Assembly (NCBI RefSeq): GCF_041248615.1
Contig: NZ_CP158426.1
Origin: Escherichia coli
Lineage (GTDB): Bacteria; Pseudomonadota; Gammaproteobacteria; Enterobacterales; Enterobacteriaceae
Reading direction: 5' to 3' (one strand)
DNA: 64,000 nucleotides
Shown: positions 11,559-22,343 of the stretch, piece by piece
How positions within the stretch are numbered: position 1 is the first letter of the stretch
Layout: every line of letters starts with the position of its first letter
Notes under the pieces: model-generated
What the model saw: only the letters and a program-made list of their open reading frames with translations
Database searches by the model: none
What the model was told of the DNA's origin: nothing
Translations under genes and position numbers: made by a program

Positions 11559-11584
11559 AGCCCATCTCTGCATGGGCTTTTTTC
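11559..11584 (+). terminator. rho-independent terminator after glnA
   Basis: hairpin agcccat...atgggct followed by a T-run (11578-11584). Confidence 0.6.
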
Positions 11585-11671
11585 TCCGTCAATTCTCTGA
11601 TGCTACGCGCTTTTTATCCGTAAAAAGCTATAATGCACTAAAATGGTGCAACCTGTTCAGGAGACTGCTTT

Positions 11672-12721
11672 ATGGCAACAGGCACGCAGCCCGATGCTGG
11701 GCAGATCCTCAACTCGCTGATTAACAGTATTTTGTTAATCGATGACAACCTGGCGATCCATTACGCCAACCCCGCCGCGCAACAACTGCTCGCCCAAAGC
11801 TCCCGCAAATTGTTTGGTACGCCGTTACCGGAACTGTTGAGCTACTTCTCATTAAATATCGAGCTGATGCAAGAAAGTCTGGAGGCGGGGCAAGGCTTTA
11901 CCGATAACGAAGTGACGCTGGTCATCGACGGGCGCTCGCATATCCTTTCTGTGACGGCCCAGCGTATGCCGGACGGCATGATCCTGCTGGAGATGGCTCC
12001 GATGGATAACCAGCGCCGCTTAAGTCAGGAACAGCTACAGCACGCCCAGCAGGTTGCTGCCCGTGATTTAGTGCGCGGCCTGGCACATGAGATTAAAAAT
12101 CCGCTTGGCGGTTTACGTGGCGCGGCGCAGCTGCTCAGCAAAGCATTACCTGACCCGTCACTACTCGAATATACCAAAGTGATTATCGAACAGGCGGACC
12201 GGCTGCGAAATCTGGTCGACCGTCTGTTGGGACCGCAACTGCCCGGTACGCGCGTTACCGAAAGTATTCATAAAGTGGCTGAACGCGTAGTGACGCTGGT
12301 GTCGATGGAACTGCCGGACAACGTGCGGTTGATTCGTGATTACGATCCCAGCCTGCCGGAACTGGCGCACGACCCGGATCAAATTGAACAGGTCTTGCTG
12401 AATATTGTGCGCAATGCGCTACAGGCGCTGGGGCCGGAAGGCGGTGAAATCATTCTGCGTACCCGCACCGCGTTTCAACTGACCTTACACGGCGAGCGCT
12501 ATCGGCTGGCGGCGCGAATTGATGTGGAAGATAACGGGCCGGGCATTCCGCCTCATTTGCAGGATACGCTGTTTTACCCGATGGTCAGTGGCCGCGAAGG
12601 TGGCACCGGGCTTGGCTTATCCATCGCCCGTAATTTGATTGATCAGCATTCAGGCAAAATTGAATTTACCAGTTGGCCTGGTCATACCGAGTTCTCGGTT
12701 TACCTGCCTATCAGGAAATAA
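11672..12721 (+). CDS. glnL: nitrogen regulation sensor histidine kinase NtrB (NRII)
   Basis: 349-aa ORF; H-box [11 protein letters not shown]. Confidence 0.93.
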
Positions 12722-12732
12722 AGGTGACGTTT

Positions 12733-14142
12733 ATGCAACGAGGGATAGTCTGGGTAGTCGATGACGATAGTTCCATCCGTTGGGTGCTTGAACGTGCGCT
12801 CGCTGGAGCGGGTTTAACCTGTACGACATTTGAGAACGGCGCGGAGGTACTGGAGGCGCTGGCGAGCAAAACGCCGGATGTGCTGCTTTCAGATATCCGT
12901 ATGCCGGGAATGGACGGGCTGGCGCTGCTCAAGCAGATTAAACAGCGCCATCCGATGCTTCCGGTCATCATTATGACCGCACATTCCGATCTGGATGCTG
13001 CCGTCAGCGCCTATCAACAAGGGGCGTTTGATTATCTGCCCAAACCGTTTGATATCGACGAAGCCGTGGCGCTGGTTGAGCGCGCCATCAGCCATTATCA
13101 GGAACAGCAGCAGCCGCGTAATGTTCAGCTTAACGGCCCAACGACCGATATCATCGGCGAAGCGCCAGCCATGCAGGACGTGTTCCGTATTATCGGTCGG
13201 CTTTCGCGTTCTTCTATTAGCGTGCTGATTAACGGCGAATCCGGCACCGGTAAAGAACTGGTCGCTCATGCCCTGCATCGCCACAGTCCGAGAGCCAAAG
13301 CGCCATTTATCGCGCTGAATATGGCGGCTATCCCGAAGGATTTGATCGAATCAGAACTGTTTGGTCACGAGAAAGGCGCGTTTACCGGCGCGAATACCAT
13401 TCGTCAGGGGCGTTTTGAACAGGCCGATGGCGGCACGTTATTTCTCGACGAAATTGGTGATATGCCGCTGGATGTGCAGACGCGTTTGCTGCGCGTGCTG
13501 GCAGACGGTCAGTTTTATCGCGTTGGCGGCTATGCGCCGGTGAAAGTGGATGTGCGGATTATCGCTGCCACTCACCAGAATCTTGAACAGCGGGTGCAGG
13601 AAGGTAAGTTCCGTGAGGATCTGTTCCACCGCCTGAACGTCATCCGCGTTCATCTGCCACCACTGCGTGAGCGTCGGGAAGATATTCCCCGCCTGGCACG
13701 CCATTTTTTACAGGTTGCCGCGCGCGAACTGGGCGTAGAAGCGAAGTTACTGCATCCGGAAACCGAAGCCGCGCTGACGCGTCTGGCGTGGCCAGGCAAC
13801 GTGCGCCAGCTGGAAAACACCTGCCGCTGGCTAACGGTAATGGCTGCCGGACAGGAAGTGTTGATTCAGGATTTGCCTGGCGAACTGTTTGAATCAACGG
13901 TTGCGGAGAGTACTTCGCAAATGCAACCGGACAGTTGGGCGACGCTGTTAGCGCAGTGGGCAGACAGAGCGCTGCGTTCCGGTCATCAAAACCTGCTTTC
14001 CGAAGCGCAGCCTGAGCTGGAACGGACGTTACTGACCACCGCGCTGCGACATACGCAGGGGCATAAACAGGAAGCGGCGCGGCTACTCGGCTGGGGGCGT
14101 AACACTCTGACGCGGAAGTTAAAAGAGCTGGGGATGGAGTGA
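12733..14142 (+). CDS. glnG: sigma-54-dependent response regulator NtrC (NRI)
   Basis: ORF track 12673..14142; ATG at 12733 gives [12 protein letters not shown]; AAA+ GESGTGKE motif and C-terminal HTH. Confidence 0.93.
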   Translation: MQRGIVWVVDDDSSIRWVLERALAGAGLTCTTFENGAEVLEALASKTPDVLLSDIRMPGMDGLALLKQIKQRHPMLPVIIMTAHSDLDAAVSAYQQGAFDYLPKPFDIDEAVALVERAISHYQEQQQPRNVQLNGPTTDIIGEAPAMQDVFRIIGRLSRSSISVLINGESGTGKELVAHALHRHSPRAKAPFIALNMAAIPKDLIESELFGHEKGAFTGANTIRQGRFEQADGGTLFLDEIGDMPLDVQTRLLRVLADGQFYRVGGYAPVKVDVRIIAATHQNLEQRVQEGKFREDLFHRLNVIRVHLPPLRERREDIPRLARHFLQVAARELGVEAKLLHPETEAALTRLAWPGNVRQLENTCRWLTVMAAGQEVLIQDLPGELFESTVAESTSQMQPDSWATLLAQWADRALRSGHQNLLSEAQPELERTLLTTALRHTQGHKQEAARLLGWGRNTLTRKLKELGME

Positions 14143-14253
14143 TTCACGGCTTGAGTGTAAAGATTGATTATTGAGCGCAAATTGCTGGTATTTTGCGCTT
14201 TACTGTTCCGATAAGTTCAGTATGATCTTGCCCGGAAAACGGGGAGAGTCATT

Positions 14254-14364
14254 ATGCTGGAATCAATAATTAATCTGGTATCGAGTGGCGCAGTTGACAG
14301 CCACACACCGCAAACTGCCGTTGCTGCCGTGCTGTGTGCCGCAATGATTGGGCTGTTTAGTTGA
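14254..14364 (+). CDS. yshB: small protein YshB (36 aa)
   Basis: atg at 14254, tga at 14362-14364; encodes MLESIINLVSSGAVDSHTPQTAVAAVLCAAMIGLFS; below the ORF-track size cutoff. Confidence 0.6.
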   Translation: MLESIINLVSSGAVDSHTPQTAVAAVLCAAMIGLFS

Positions 14365-14398
14365 GTTTCAGATTGCTGATGAAGTGCTCTTTGTTCAT

Positions 14399-14487
14399 GC
14401 CGGATGCGGCGTGAACGCCTTATCCGGTCTACAAAAGCAATATTTTCAACAGGTTTTGTAGGCCTGATAAGCGTAGCGCATCAGGCA
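14399..14487. repeat. BIME (two inverted REP units)
   Basis: gccggatgcggcgtgaacgccttatccggtctac and gtaggcctgataagcgtagcgcatcaggca. Confidence 0.75.
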
Positions 14488-14553
14488 ATCTTGTTCTCAG
14501 CACATTGATGGCGCTTTCGTTTTCTACTTTGTAAACGAAGCGCCATTCACTAT

Positions 14554-15927
14554 TTAAATCACCCGAGAGAACTGCTGCATCCGCGCTTTCTGGCGCAGAT
14601 AGGTATCAAAGCACATGCAAATGTTGCGGATCAGCAAGCGACCTTTCGCCGTCACCTGAATCCCCTTCTCATCCACATCCACCAGCCCATCTTTTGCTAA
14701 CGGGGCGAGCAGCTTGAGATCTTCCGCAAAGTAATCAGCGAAGTGCAAATCCCACTGTTGCTCAATGGGAGCGTAATCCAGACGGAAGTTGCAGATGAGC
14801 GACTTAATCACATCGCGGCGAATACAGTCATCACGCGTTAGCGCAATACCACGCCACAGCGCATTGCCTTGTTCATCCACTTGCTGATAGTAGTGCTTCA
14901 ACTCTTTCTGGTTCTGCGCATAGCAGTCGCCAATCATACTGATGGCGGAAACGCCCATCCCCAGCAGATCGGTATCGCCCTGAGTGGTGTAGCCCTGGAA
15001 GTTACGGTGCAGCACGCCTTCACGCTGGGCCACCGCCAGCTCGTCATCCGGACGGGCAAAGTGATCCATACCGATAAACTGATAGCCCGATTGCGTCAGG
15101 AAGGCGATGGTTTCCTGCAGGATATCGAGTTTTTGCTGCGGACTCGGCAGGTCAGCATCTTTGATTTTGCGCTGAGCAGCAAAAATGGTCGGCAGATGCG
15201 CATAGTTAAAGACGCTCAGACGATCGGGGTTCAGCTCCGCCACGCGTTTCAGGGTAAAAGCGAAACTCTCCGGCGTCTGTTTCGGCAGGCCGTAAATCAG
15301 GTCGATGTTGGTGGAGGTAAAACCAATCTCACGCGCATGGTTAAGCAGTGCAAAGATGAACTCTTCATCCTGCTCGCGGTTAACCAGACGTTGCACTTCT
15401 TTGTTGAAGTCCTGCACGCCCATGCTCAGGCGATTAAAGCCCTCGGCGCGTAAATGATCGAGTACATCCAGTTCGATTTCGCGCGGATCGACTTCGATCG
15501 AAATCTCCGCATCGGCATTGAACTGGAAGTTTTCGCGCAGCAGCTTCATCAGGCGGCTGATTTGCGCTTTGTTCAGATACGTCGGCGTACCACCGCCCCA
15601 GTGCAGCTGGCTCACCTTGCGCCCGGCAAAAAGCGGTGCACGATGGACGATTTCTTGCTCCAGCGCGTCCAGATACTGATCGGCCTTGTGCTGCTGGCGA
15701 GTAACAATCTTATTGCAACCGCAGAAGTAACAAAGCTTATGGCAGAACGGGATATGTACGTAGAGAGATAATGGACGCTCAGGATAGCGCGCCACGGCTT
15801 GTAAAAACGCCTGTTCGCCGAAGTCTTCTGAAAACTCCAGCGCGGTCGGGTACGAGGTGTATCGTGGCCCGGAATAGTTATATTTCTGGATCAGGGCCAG
15901 ATCCCAGTCGATTTGCTGTACAGACAT
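14554..15927 (-). CDS. hemN: oxygen-independent coproporphyrinogen III oxidase (radical SAM)
   Basis: ORF track 14554..15933; ATG (cat 15925-15927) gives MSVQQIDWDLALIQKY; CxxxCxxC radical SAM motif. Confidence 0.93.
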   Translation of the reverse strand: MSVQQIDWDLALIQKYNYSGPRYTSYPTALEFSEDFGEQAFLQAVARYPERPLSLYVHIPFCHKLCYFCGCNKIVTRQQHKADQYLDALEQEIVHRAPLFAGRKVSQLHWGGGTPTYLNKAQISRLMKLLRENFQFNADAEISIEVDPREIELDVLDHLRAEGFNRLSMGVQDFNKEVQRLVNREQDEEFIFALLNHAREIGFTSTNIDLIYGLPKQTPESFAFTLKRVAELNPDRLSVFNYAHLPTIFAAQRKIKDADLPSPQQKLDILQETIAFLTQSGYQFIGMDHFARPDDELAVAQREGVLHRNFQGYTTQGDTDLLGMGVSAISMIGDCYAQNQKELKHYYQQVDEQGNALWRGIALTRDDCIRRDVIKSLICNFRLDYAPIEQQWDLHFADYFAEDLKLLAPLAKDGLVDVDEKGIQVTAKGRLLIRNICMCFDTYLRQKARMQQFSRVI

Positions 15928-16115
15928 GCTCACTCCTTCCGATGGCGTCTCTGGCGGCTACGGCGTACCGGCGGATGCCCGTTTCGGGTCATCAGCCGGT
16001 TGCGCAGCCACTTTTGTCGCCGCGACAACCGCTGTAGTTTAACGAATAACCACACCAGATAACATATAACCGGAAGGGTTATCAGCAGAACGGGAAGGCC
16101 CACGGCGGCAATCCG

Positions 16116-16625
16116 TTAGTTGCCCCGCAGCAGACGCATCATATCTTCTTGCTTCTCGTCTTCTTCCTCTTCTTCGTCATCGTCATAAGAGAGGCCGAGT
16201 TTCTGCATCAACTCATCAATACGATCCAGTTTGGCATCCACCCAGGATTGCTCTTCGGCGCTCAGGGTTTCGCCTGCTTCCAGACGTTCCAGCAGCGCAT
16301 CCAGACGCTCATCCGTTTCCAGTAACTCCAACTCCGCCTGCGGTGAAAGCATAGGTTTCTCACTCTTCGGTTTGTGCTGTTTGGTGACTTTTTCAGTCAC
16401 GCCCAATGGAATAGGGGTTTTACTGCCAATACGTGGATCTTTCGGTGCGTTCTGGCCTTTGCTGCCTGACGTGGTGTTACCGCCCGCTGCGCGGCTGCCC
16501 GGCGCATGACCACGACGTTTTTTCTGACGCTTACGGTCACGAGCTTCCTGATCCAGCTCCTCGCGTGTTTTTCGACGCGCTTTTGCATGACCTTTGCTGC
16601 GTGAGTTTGAAGATGATGGTTTCAT
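16116..16625 (-). CDS. yihI: Der GTPase-activating protein YihI
   Basis: ORF track 16116..16688; ATG (cat 16623-16625) gives [19 protein letters not shown]; acidic C-terminus. Confidence 0.88.
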   Translation of the reverse strand: MKPSSSNSRSKGHAKARRKTREELDQEARDRKRQKKRRGHAPGSRAAGGNTTSGSKGQNAPKDPRIGSKTPIPLGVTEKVTKQHKPKSEKPMLSPQAELELLETDERLDALLERLEAGETLSAEEQSWVDAKLDRIDELMQKLGLSYDDDEEEEEDEKQEDMMRLLRGN

Positions 16626-16691
16626 AATGGTTCGTCTTTTAGCCGTTTTATTCAGTATAGATTTGCGGCGGAATCTAACAGAAAGCAAGCA

Positions 16692-16936
16692 AAGAAAAAA
16701 GGCGACAGATTACTCTGTCGCCTTTTTTCCTGACTCATAACCCTTAACGGGTCTTACAATCCTTGCAGGCCGCCAACACACCCTGTTTTTCCATTAGCCG
16801 GAACAATCCGTGTTGATTCCATTTCCGTTTAATTACGTCTCCGGACGTTTGTCTTCCTGACAATCCTCTGTCTTCGCCTCCTGGCGCTCCTGACCCTCAT
16901 CCTGAGTCATTGTTCCTGTTAGCGTCCTCGCTCTAT
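16692..16936 (-). ncRNA. csrC: CsrC small RNA (CsrA-sequestering)
   Basis: minus-strand 5' ATAGAGCGAGGACGC at 16936; multiple GGA motifs; terminator hairpin ggcgacagagtaatctgtcgcc plus T-run at 16693-16722; lies between yihI and engB as in K-12. Confidence 0.8.
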
Positions 16937-17206
16937 GGGTGCTACTTTACGCCTTTGCTTTAAACAAACAATCAACCGCCATCAGTATTTGCACATTTTC
17001 AGAGTTTTATATAAAAGCAATTAACTGATTTATATAGCTTATTTGACATGCATCGCAGAATTTTCTCTGCTATTTCGCATAAAGACTATCGGCAATGTCT
17101 CACAAAGCGTATGGCTTTTACTTACAACGCTCACGCCGAAAAATCCGCCTTTTATTATGGTTCAGGTATAATCGCCGCAAAGCTTTGACTGACGGAGACG
17201 ACCGCT

Positions 17207-17839
17207 TTGACTAATTTGAATTATCAACAGACGCATTTTGTGATGAGTGCGCCTGATATTCGCCACCTACCTTCCGATACCGGAATTGAAGTGGCTTTTG
17301 CAGGCCGTTCCAACGCAGGTAAATCCAGCGCGCTGAACACGCTGACTAACCAGAAAAGCCTGGCGCGGACCTCAAAAACCCCAGGGCGCACCCAGCTTAT
17401 CAACCTGTTTGAAGTGGCTGACGGCAAGCGTCTGGTTGACCTGCCCGGCTATGGCTACGCGGAAGTCCCGGAAGAGATGAAGCGCAAATGGCAACGCGCG
17501 CTCGGCGAATACCTCGAAAAACGTCAGAGCCTGCAAGGTCTGGTGGTGCTAATGGATATTCGCCATCCGCTGAAAGATTTGGATCAGCAGATGATTGAGT
17601 GGGCGGTAGACAGCAATATCGCCGTGCTGGTGCTGCTGACCAAAGCGGACAAACTGGCAAGCGGCGCACGTAAAGCGCAATTGAATATGGTGCGTGAAGC
17701 GGTGCTGGCGTTTAACGGTGATGTGCAGGTTGAAACGTTCTCCTCACTGAAGAAACAAGGCGTGGACAAGCTGCGGCAGAAACTGGATACCTGGTTTAGC
17801 GAGATGCAGCCTGTAGAAGAAACGCAGGACGGCGAATAA
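17207..17839 (+). CDS. engB: ribosome biogenesis GTP-binding protein EngB (YihA)
   Basis: 210-aa ORF, TTG start at 17207; G1 motif GRSNAGKSS. Confidence 0.92.
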
Positions 17840-17860
17840 TTTTCTTGCCTTAATGCTTGT

Positions 17861-17940
17861 GCCGGATGTGGCGTATCCGGCCCGTAAATTCAATAGATTA
17901 CACTTCTACCGTTGGCCTGATAAACAGGGCGCATCAGGCA
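17861..17940. repeat. REP pair between engB and spf
   Basis: gccggatgtggcgtatccggc and cctgataaacagggcgcatcaggca. Confidence 0.65.
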
Positions 17941-17963
17941 TTACGGATCTTTTCTTTCGCCCA

Positions 17964-18073
17964 ATAAAAAACGCCCCAGTCATTACTGACTGGGGCGGCT
18001 AAAATATTCAGCCAAATCCGATTACGTGAAGTAAAAGGTCTGAAAGATAGAACATCTTACCTCTGTACCCTAC
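17964..18073 (-). ncRNA. spf: Spot 42 small RNA
   Basis: minus strand reads GTAGGGTACAGAGGTAAGATGTTCTATCTTTCAGACC...; terminator hairpin gccccagtcattactgactggggc plus U-run (17966-17996); immediately downstream of polA. Confidence 0.9.
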
Positions 18074-18220
18074 GCGACTAACTTTACTCTTTTTTGTTCA
18101 GTTCAGAAAGCATTTTTTGTAATTTTTTTTCAGTTGTTGCATAGGAATTTCTAATAGCCATCACAAAACGTGACAGCTTATGTTGCTTACTTACGAAAAA
18201 AGGGCATGTTCAGGCGAATC

Positions 18221-21007
18221 TTAGTGCGCCTGATCCCAGTTTTCGCCACTCCCCACTTCCACCAGCAACGGCACATCCAGACGGGTACAGTTTTCCATCA
18301 GTTGATGAATCTGCTTCGCGACGGCATCGACATCATCTTTATGAACTTCAAATACCAGTTCATCGTGTACCTGCATGATCATACGCACACGCGGTTGCTC
18401 AGCCTGTAGCCACGTATCAACGGCAATCATTGCCCGTTTGATAATGTCGGCGGCGGTTCCCTGCATTGGCGCGTTAATGGCTGCACGTTCAGCCGCTGCA
18501 CGACGAGCACCATTGCTGGATTTGATATCCGGCAGATACAGACGGCGTCCGTCCAGCGTTTCAACGTAGCCCTGCTCTTTCGCCTGAGCACGGGTGCGTT
18601 CCATATACTCCAGCACGCCAGGGTAGCGTTCGAAGTAAAGGTCCATGTACTTCTGCGCTTCTTTACGTGGAATGTTCAATTGCCGCGCCAGACCGAAAGC
18701 ACTCATGCCATAAATCAGACCAAAGTTGATCGCTTTCGCGCTACGGCGTTGCTCGCTGGTGACGGTTTCCAGTGGCAAACCAAACACTTCTGCCGCCGTT
18801 GCCCGGTGGATATCTTTTCCTTCCGCGAATGCGGTCAGCAAGCCTTTGTCACGCGAGAGATGCGCCATAATGCGCAGTTCAATCTGCGAGTAGTCCGCTG
18901 AGACAATCACATAATCCTCTGGCGCAATAAACGCCTGGCGGATACGACGACCTTCTTCGTTACGCACCGGAATGTTTTGCAGGTTAGGATCGGTTGACGA
19001 TAAACGTCCCGTTGCAGTTACTGCCTGGTGATAAGAGGTATGCACACGCCCGGTTTTCGGGTTGATCATCAGCGGCAGCTTGTCGGTGTAAGTCGATTTC
19101 AGCTTCGCCAGACCACGATACTCCAGAATCACTTTTGGCAACGGATAGTCCAGCGCCAGTTCTTCCAGTACCTCTTCCGACGTTGACGGCGCGCCACCTG
19201 GCGTTTTCTTCAGCGGTTTAATGCCCTGTTTTTCAAACAGAATGGTTTGTAACTGCTTGGTGGAAGAAAGGTTAAACTCCTCACCTGCAATTTCATGCGC
19301 TTTCTTTTCCAGCTCAGCCAGACGAAGAGTGAGCTCTTCAGAATGATTGTGCAGCACTTTCGGATCGATCTTCACACCGTTACGTTCAATGCGTGAAAGC
19401 ACCGGCACTAGCGGCATTTCGATATTCTCGAAGACGTTCAACGGCCCTTTGTGTTTTTGCAGATCCGGCCACATTTTCAGATGCAGCTGCAAGGTGACAT
19501 CTGCATCTTCGGCGGCGTAACGTCCGGCCTCTTCCAGGGCAATCTGGTTAAAGGTCAGTTGATTTTTACCTTTACCAGCAATCTCTTCAAAAGTGATGGT
19601 TTTGTGCTTCAACCAACGTTCCGCGAGGCTGTCCATATCGTGACGCCCGGCAACGCTATTGAGAATGTAGGACTCCAGCATGGTATCAAATGCAATCCCA
19701 CGCAGCTCAATGCCGTAATTCGCCAGAATACCGCGATCGTATTTCAGGTTTTGCCCAACCTTCAGCGCCTTTTCATCTTCCAGCAGCGGTTTTAGCAACT
19801 CGAGTGCACGCTCGCGAGAGATTTGATCGGGCGCATCAAGATAATCATGAGCAACCGGAATATATGCCGCTACGCCTGGCTCGATAGCAAAAGAAAGCCC
19901 GACCAGGTTAGCAGAGATGTTATCAAGGCTGTCGGTTTCGGTATCAAATGCAAATACCGGCGCTTTTTCCAGCTTCGCAATCCACGCTTTCAGTGTTTCT
20001 TCATCAAGGATGGTGACGTAGTTGTCATAAGAAATCACCGTTGCCGTCACCTCTGGCGCTTCGTCTGCAACACTGGTTTCCTGCGGCCTGGCTGCGGGTT
20101 TCGCCCCTTTAGCCTGTAACCATTTGCCCGCTTCGACATCAGCAGTCCAGCGTTTGAACTCATACTTTTTGAACAGCCCCAACAACTCTTCCGCCGCCGG
20201 TTGTTGCACTTCCAGTTGTTCACAGGTCAGCTCCAGTTCAACGTCGGTTTTAATCGTCGCCAGCTGGTATGAGAGATAAGCAACTTCTTTGTTTTGCTCG
20301 AGCTTCGCTGCCATTGTTTTCGCGCCACGGAAGCTCAACCCAGCAATTTTTTCTGGCTCGGCATATAGCGTATCCAGCCCGCCAAGACCTTGCAGCAATG
20401 CCTGCGCGGTTTTTTCACCGACGCCCGGTACGCCAGGGATGTTATCAGAGGAGTCACCCATCAGCGCCAGGAAGTCGATGATCAGTTCTGGCGGCACGCC
20501 GTACTTATTCACCACCTCTTCCGGGCCGAGGATGGTATTCGTCATGGTATTGATAAGCGTAATATTTGGCGTCACCAGCTGCGCCATATCTTTATCGCCA
20601 GTGCTGATCAGCACCGGACGCCCGGCTTTTTCGGCTTCCCGCGCCAGAGTACCGATAACGTCGTCCGCTTCTACGCCAGAAACCGCCAGCAGCGGCAGTC
20701 CCATCGCTTTAACCATCGCGTGTAAAGGTTCGATTTGTGCTCGCAGATCGTCCGGCATTGGCGGGCGATGTGATTTGTAATGTTCAAACAGTTCATCACG
20801 AAAGGTTTTTCCCTTGGCGTCAAATACCACCGCTGCATGCGTCGGTTTATATTGCATGATCAGACTGCGCAGCATGTTGAGGACACCATACATCGCACCG
20901 GTCGGCTCGCCTGCGCTGTTAGTCAGCGGGGGAAACGCGTGATATGCGCGATAAAGATAAGATGAACCATCTACAAGGATAAGTGGATTTTGGGGGATCT
21001 GAACCAT
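18221..21007 (-). CDS. polA: DNA polymerase I
   Basis: 928-aa ORF starting [25 protein letters not shown]; ends ...GENWDQAH. Confidence 0.97.
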   Translation of the reverse strand: MVQIPQNPLILVDGSSYLYRAYHAFPPLTNSAGEPTGAMYGVLNMLRSLIMQYKPTHAAVVFDAKGKTFRDELFEHYKSHRPPMPDDLRAQIEPLHAMVKAMGLPLLAVSGVEADDVIGTLAREAEKAGRPVLISTGDKDMAQLVTPNITLINTMTNTILGPEEVVNKYGVPPELIIDFLALMGDSSDNIPGVPGVGEKTAQALLQGLGGLDTLYAEPEKIAGLSFRGAKTMAAKLEQNKEVAYLSYQLATIKTDVELELTCEQLEVQQPAAEELLGLFKKYEFKRWTADVEAGKWLQAKGAKPAARPQETSVADEAPEVTATVISYDNYVTILDEETLKAWIAKLEKAPVFAFDTETDSLDNISANLVGLSFAIEPGVAAYIPVAHDYLDAPDQISRERALELLKPLLEDEKALKVGQNLKYDRGILANYGIELRGIAFDTMLESYILNSVAGRHDMDSLAERWLKHKTITFEEIAGKGKNQLTFNQIALEEAGRYAAEDADVTLQLHLKMWPDLQKHKGPLNVFENIEMPLVPVLSRIERNGVKIDPKVLHNHSEELTLRLAELEKKAHEIAGEEFNLSSTKQLQTILFEKQGIKPLKKTPGGAPSTSEEVLEELALDYPLPKVILEYRGLAKLKSTYTDKLPLMINPKTGRVHTSYHQAVTATGRLSSTDPNLQNIPVRNEEGRRIRQAFIAPEDYVIVSADYSQIELRIMAHLSRDKGLLTAFAEGKDIHRATAAEVFGLPLETVTSEQRRSAKAINFGLIYGMSAFGLARQLNIPRKEAQKYMDLYFERYPGVLEYMERTRAQAKEQGYVETLDGRRLYLPDIKSSNGARRAAAERAAINAPMQGTAADIIKRAMIAVDTWLQAEQPRVRMIMQVHDELVFEVHKDDVDAVAKQIHQLMENCTRLDVPLLVEVGSGENWDQAH

Positions 21008-21130
21008 AATGTCCGTGCCTGTTTATCAGATTATGGGTAAAGGATGCCACAGACAGGATGAAAACATGAGTTTTTCACCGCTTTTCGTGAAAATCTTTTG
21101 TAGATCTTCTGGATCGCTCGCAAATCGTCA

Positions 21131-21139
21131 TGTGGATAA
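21131..21139. promoter_or_regulatory. DnaA box in the polA / yihG divergent promoter region
   Basis: tgtggataa is the reverse complement of TTATCCACA; a second 8/9 match tgtggatag at 21272-21280. Confidence 0.5.
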
Positions 21140-21370
21140 CTTTGTGCATAAATTATTTACATCGCTTTTAATTTATTATCATGCTTTTTACAGCATGATG
21201 TTTGTCTTTGTTTTTCATGAAGTTAAAAATAAGACCATCCCTAATAATTGAGATAATGGGATTTTTTCTAATGTGGATAGATATGAATTATTTTTCTCCT
21301 TAAGGATCATCCGTTATTTGGGTCGTTTTCTGCTAAAATCTGCGCCTTGCGCTTCTTTAGCGCACTGTCT

Positions 21371-22303
21371 ATGGCTAACTTTTTGAATAAATTCATTATG
21401 ACGAGAATACTCGCTGCGATAACCCTTTTGCTGAGTATCGTATTGACCATTTTGGTCACTATTTTTTGCTCCGTCCCGATCATCATTGCCGGGATTGTAA
21501 AACTATTGCTTCCTGTGCCAGTCATTTGGCGAAAGGTTTCGCGTTTTTGTGATTTTATGATGTATTGCTGGTGCGAAGGTCTGGCGGTATTACTGCATCT
21601 GAACCCACACCTGCAATGGGAAGTTCACGGGCTGGAAGGGTTAAGTAAGAAGAACTGGTATCTGCTTATTTGTAACCACCGTAGTTGGGCAGATATTGTC
21701 GTACTGTGCGTGCTGTTTCGTAAGCACATTCCGATGAATAAATATTTCCTCAAGCAGCAGCTGGCCTGGGTGCCTTTTCTTGGCCTGGCATGCTGGGCGC
21801 TGGATATGCCGTTTATGAAGCGTTATTCCCGCGCTTATTTATTACGTCATCCGGAGCGACGTGGTAAAGATGTTGAAACCACTCGGCGTTCTTGTGAAAA
21901 GTTTCGCCTGCATCCCACCACCATTGTCAATTTCGTTGAAGGCTCCCGTTTCACGCAAGAAAAACATCAGCAAACCCACTCCACTTTTCAAAACTTGTTG
22001 CCACCAAAGGCGGCAGGCATTGCGATGGCGCTAAATGTACTGGGTAAACAATTCGATAAACTGCTTAATGTTACGCTGTGTTATCCGGACAATAACCGTC
22101 AGCCGTTCTTCGATATGTTAAGCGGTAAACTGACGCGGATTGTCGTACATGTGGATTTGCAGCCTATTTCCGATGAGTTACATGGCGACTACATCAATGA
22201 CAAAAGCTTTAAGCGCCATTTTCAGCAATGGCTGAACTCACTGTGGCAGGAAAAAGACCGACTTCTGACGTCGTTGATGTCATCACAGCGTCAGAATAAG
22301 TAA
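21371..22303 (+). CDS. yihG: PlsC-family acyltransferase (lysophospholipid acyltransferase)
   Basis: ORF track 21347..22303; ATG at 21371 gives [14 protein letters not shown]; NHRSWAD acyltransferase motif. Confidence 0.85.
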   Translation: MANFLNKFIMTRILAAITLLLSIVLTILVTIFCSVPIIIAGIVKLLLPVPVIWRKVSRFCDFMMYCWCEGLAVLLHLNPHLQWEVHGLEGLSKKNWYLLICNHRSWADIVVLCVLFRKHIPMNKYFLKQQLAWVPFLGLACWALDMPFMKRYSRAYLLRHPERRGKDVETTRRSCEKFRLHPTTIVNFVEGSRFTQEKHQQTHSTFQNLLPPKAAGIAMALNVLGKQFDKLLNVTLCYPDNNRQPFFDMLSGKLTRIVVHVDLQPISDELHGDYINDKSFKRHFQQWLNSLWQEKDRLLTSLMSSQRQNK

Positions 22304-22343
22304 GTTTTACTCGCCTCTGAATGAGCAGAGGCGAGTGAGTATT

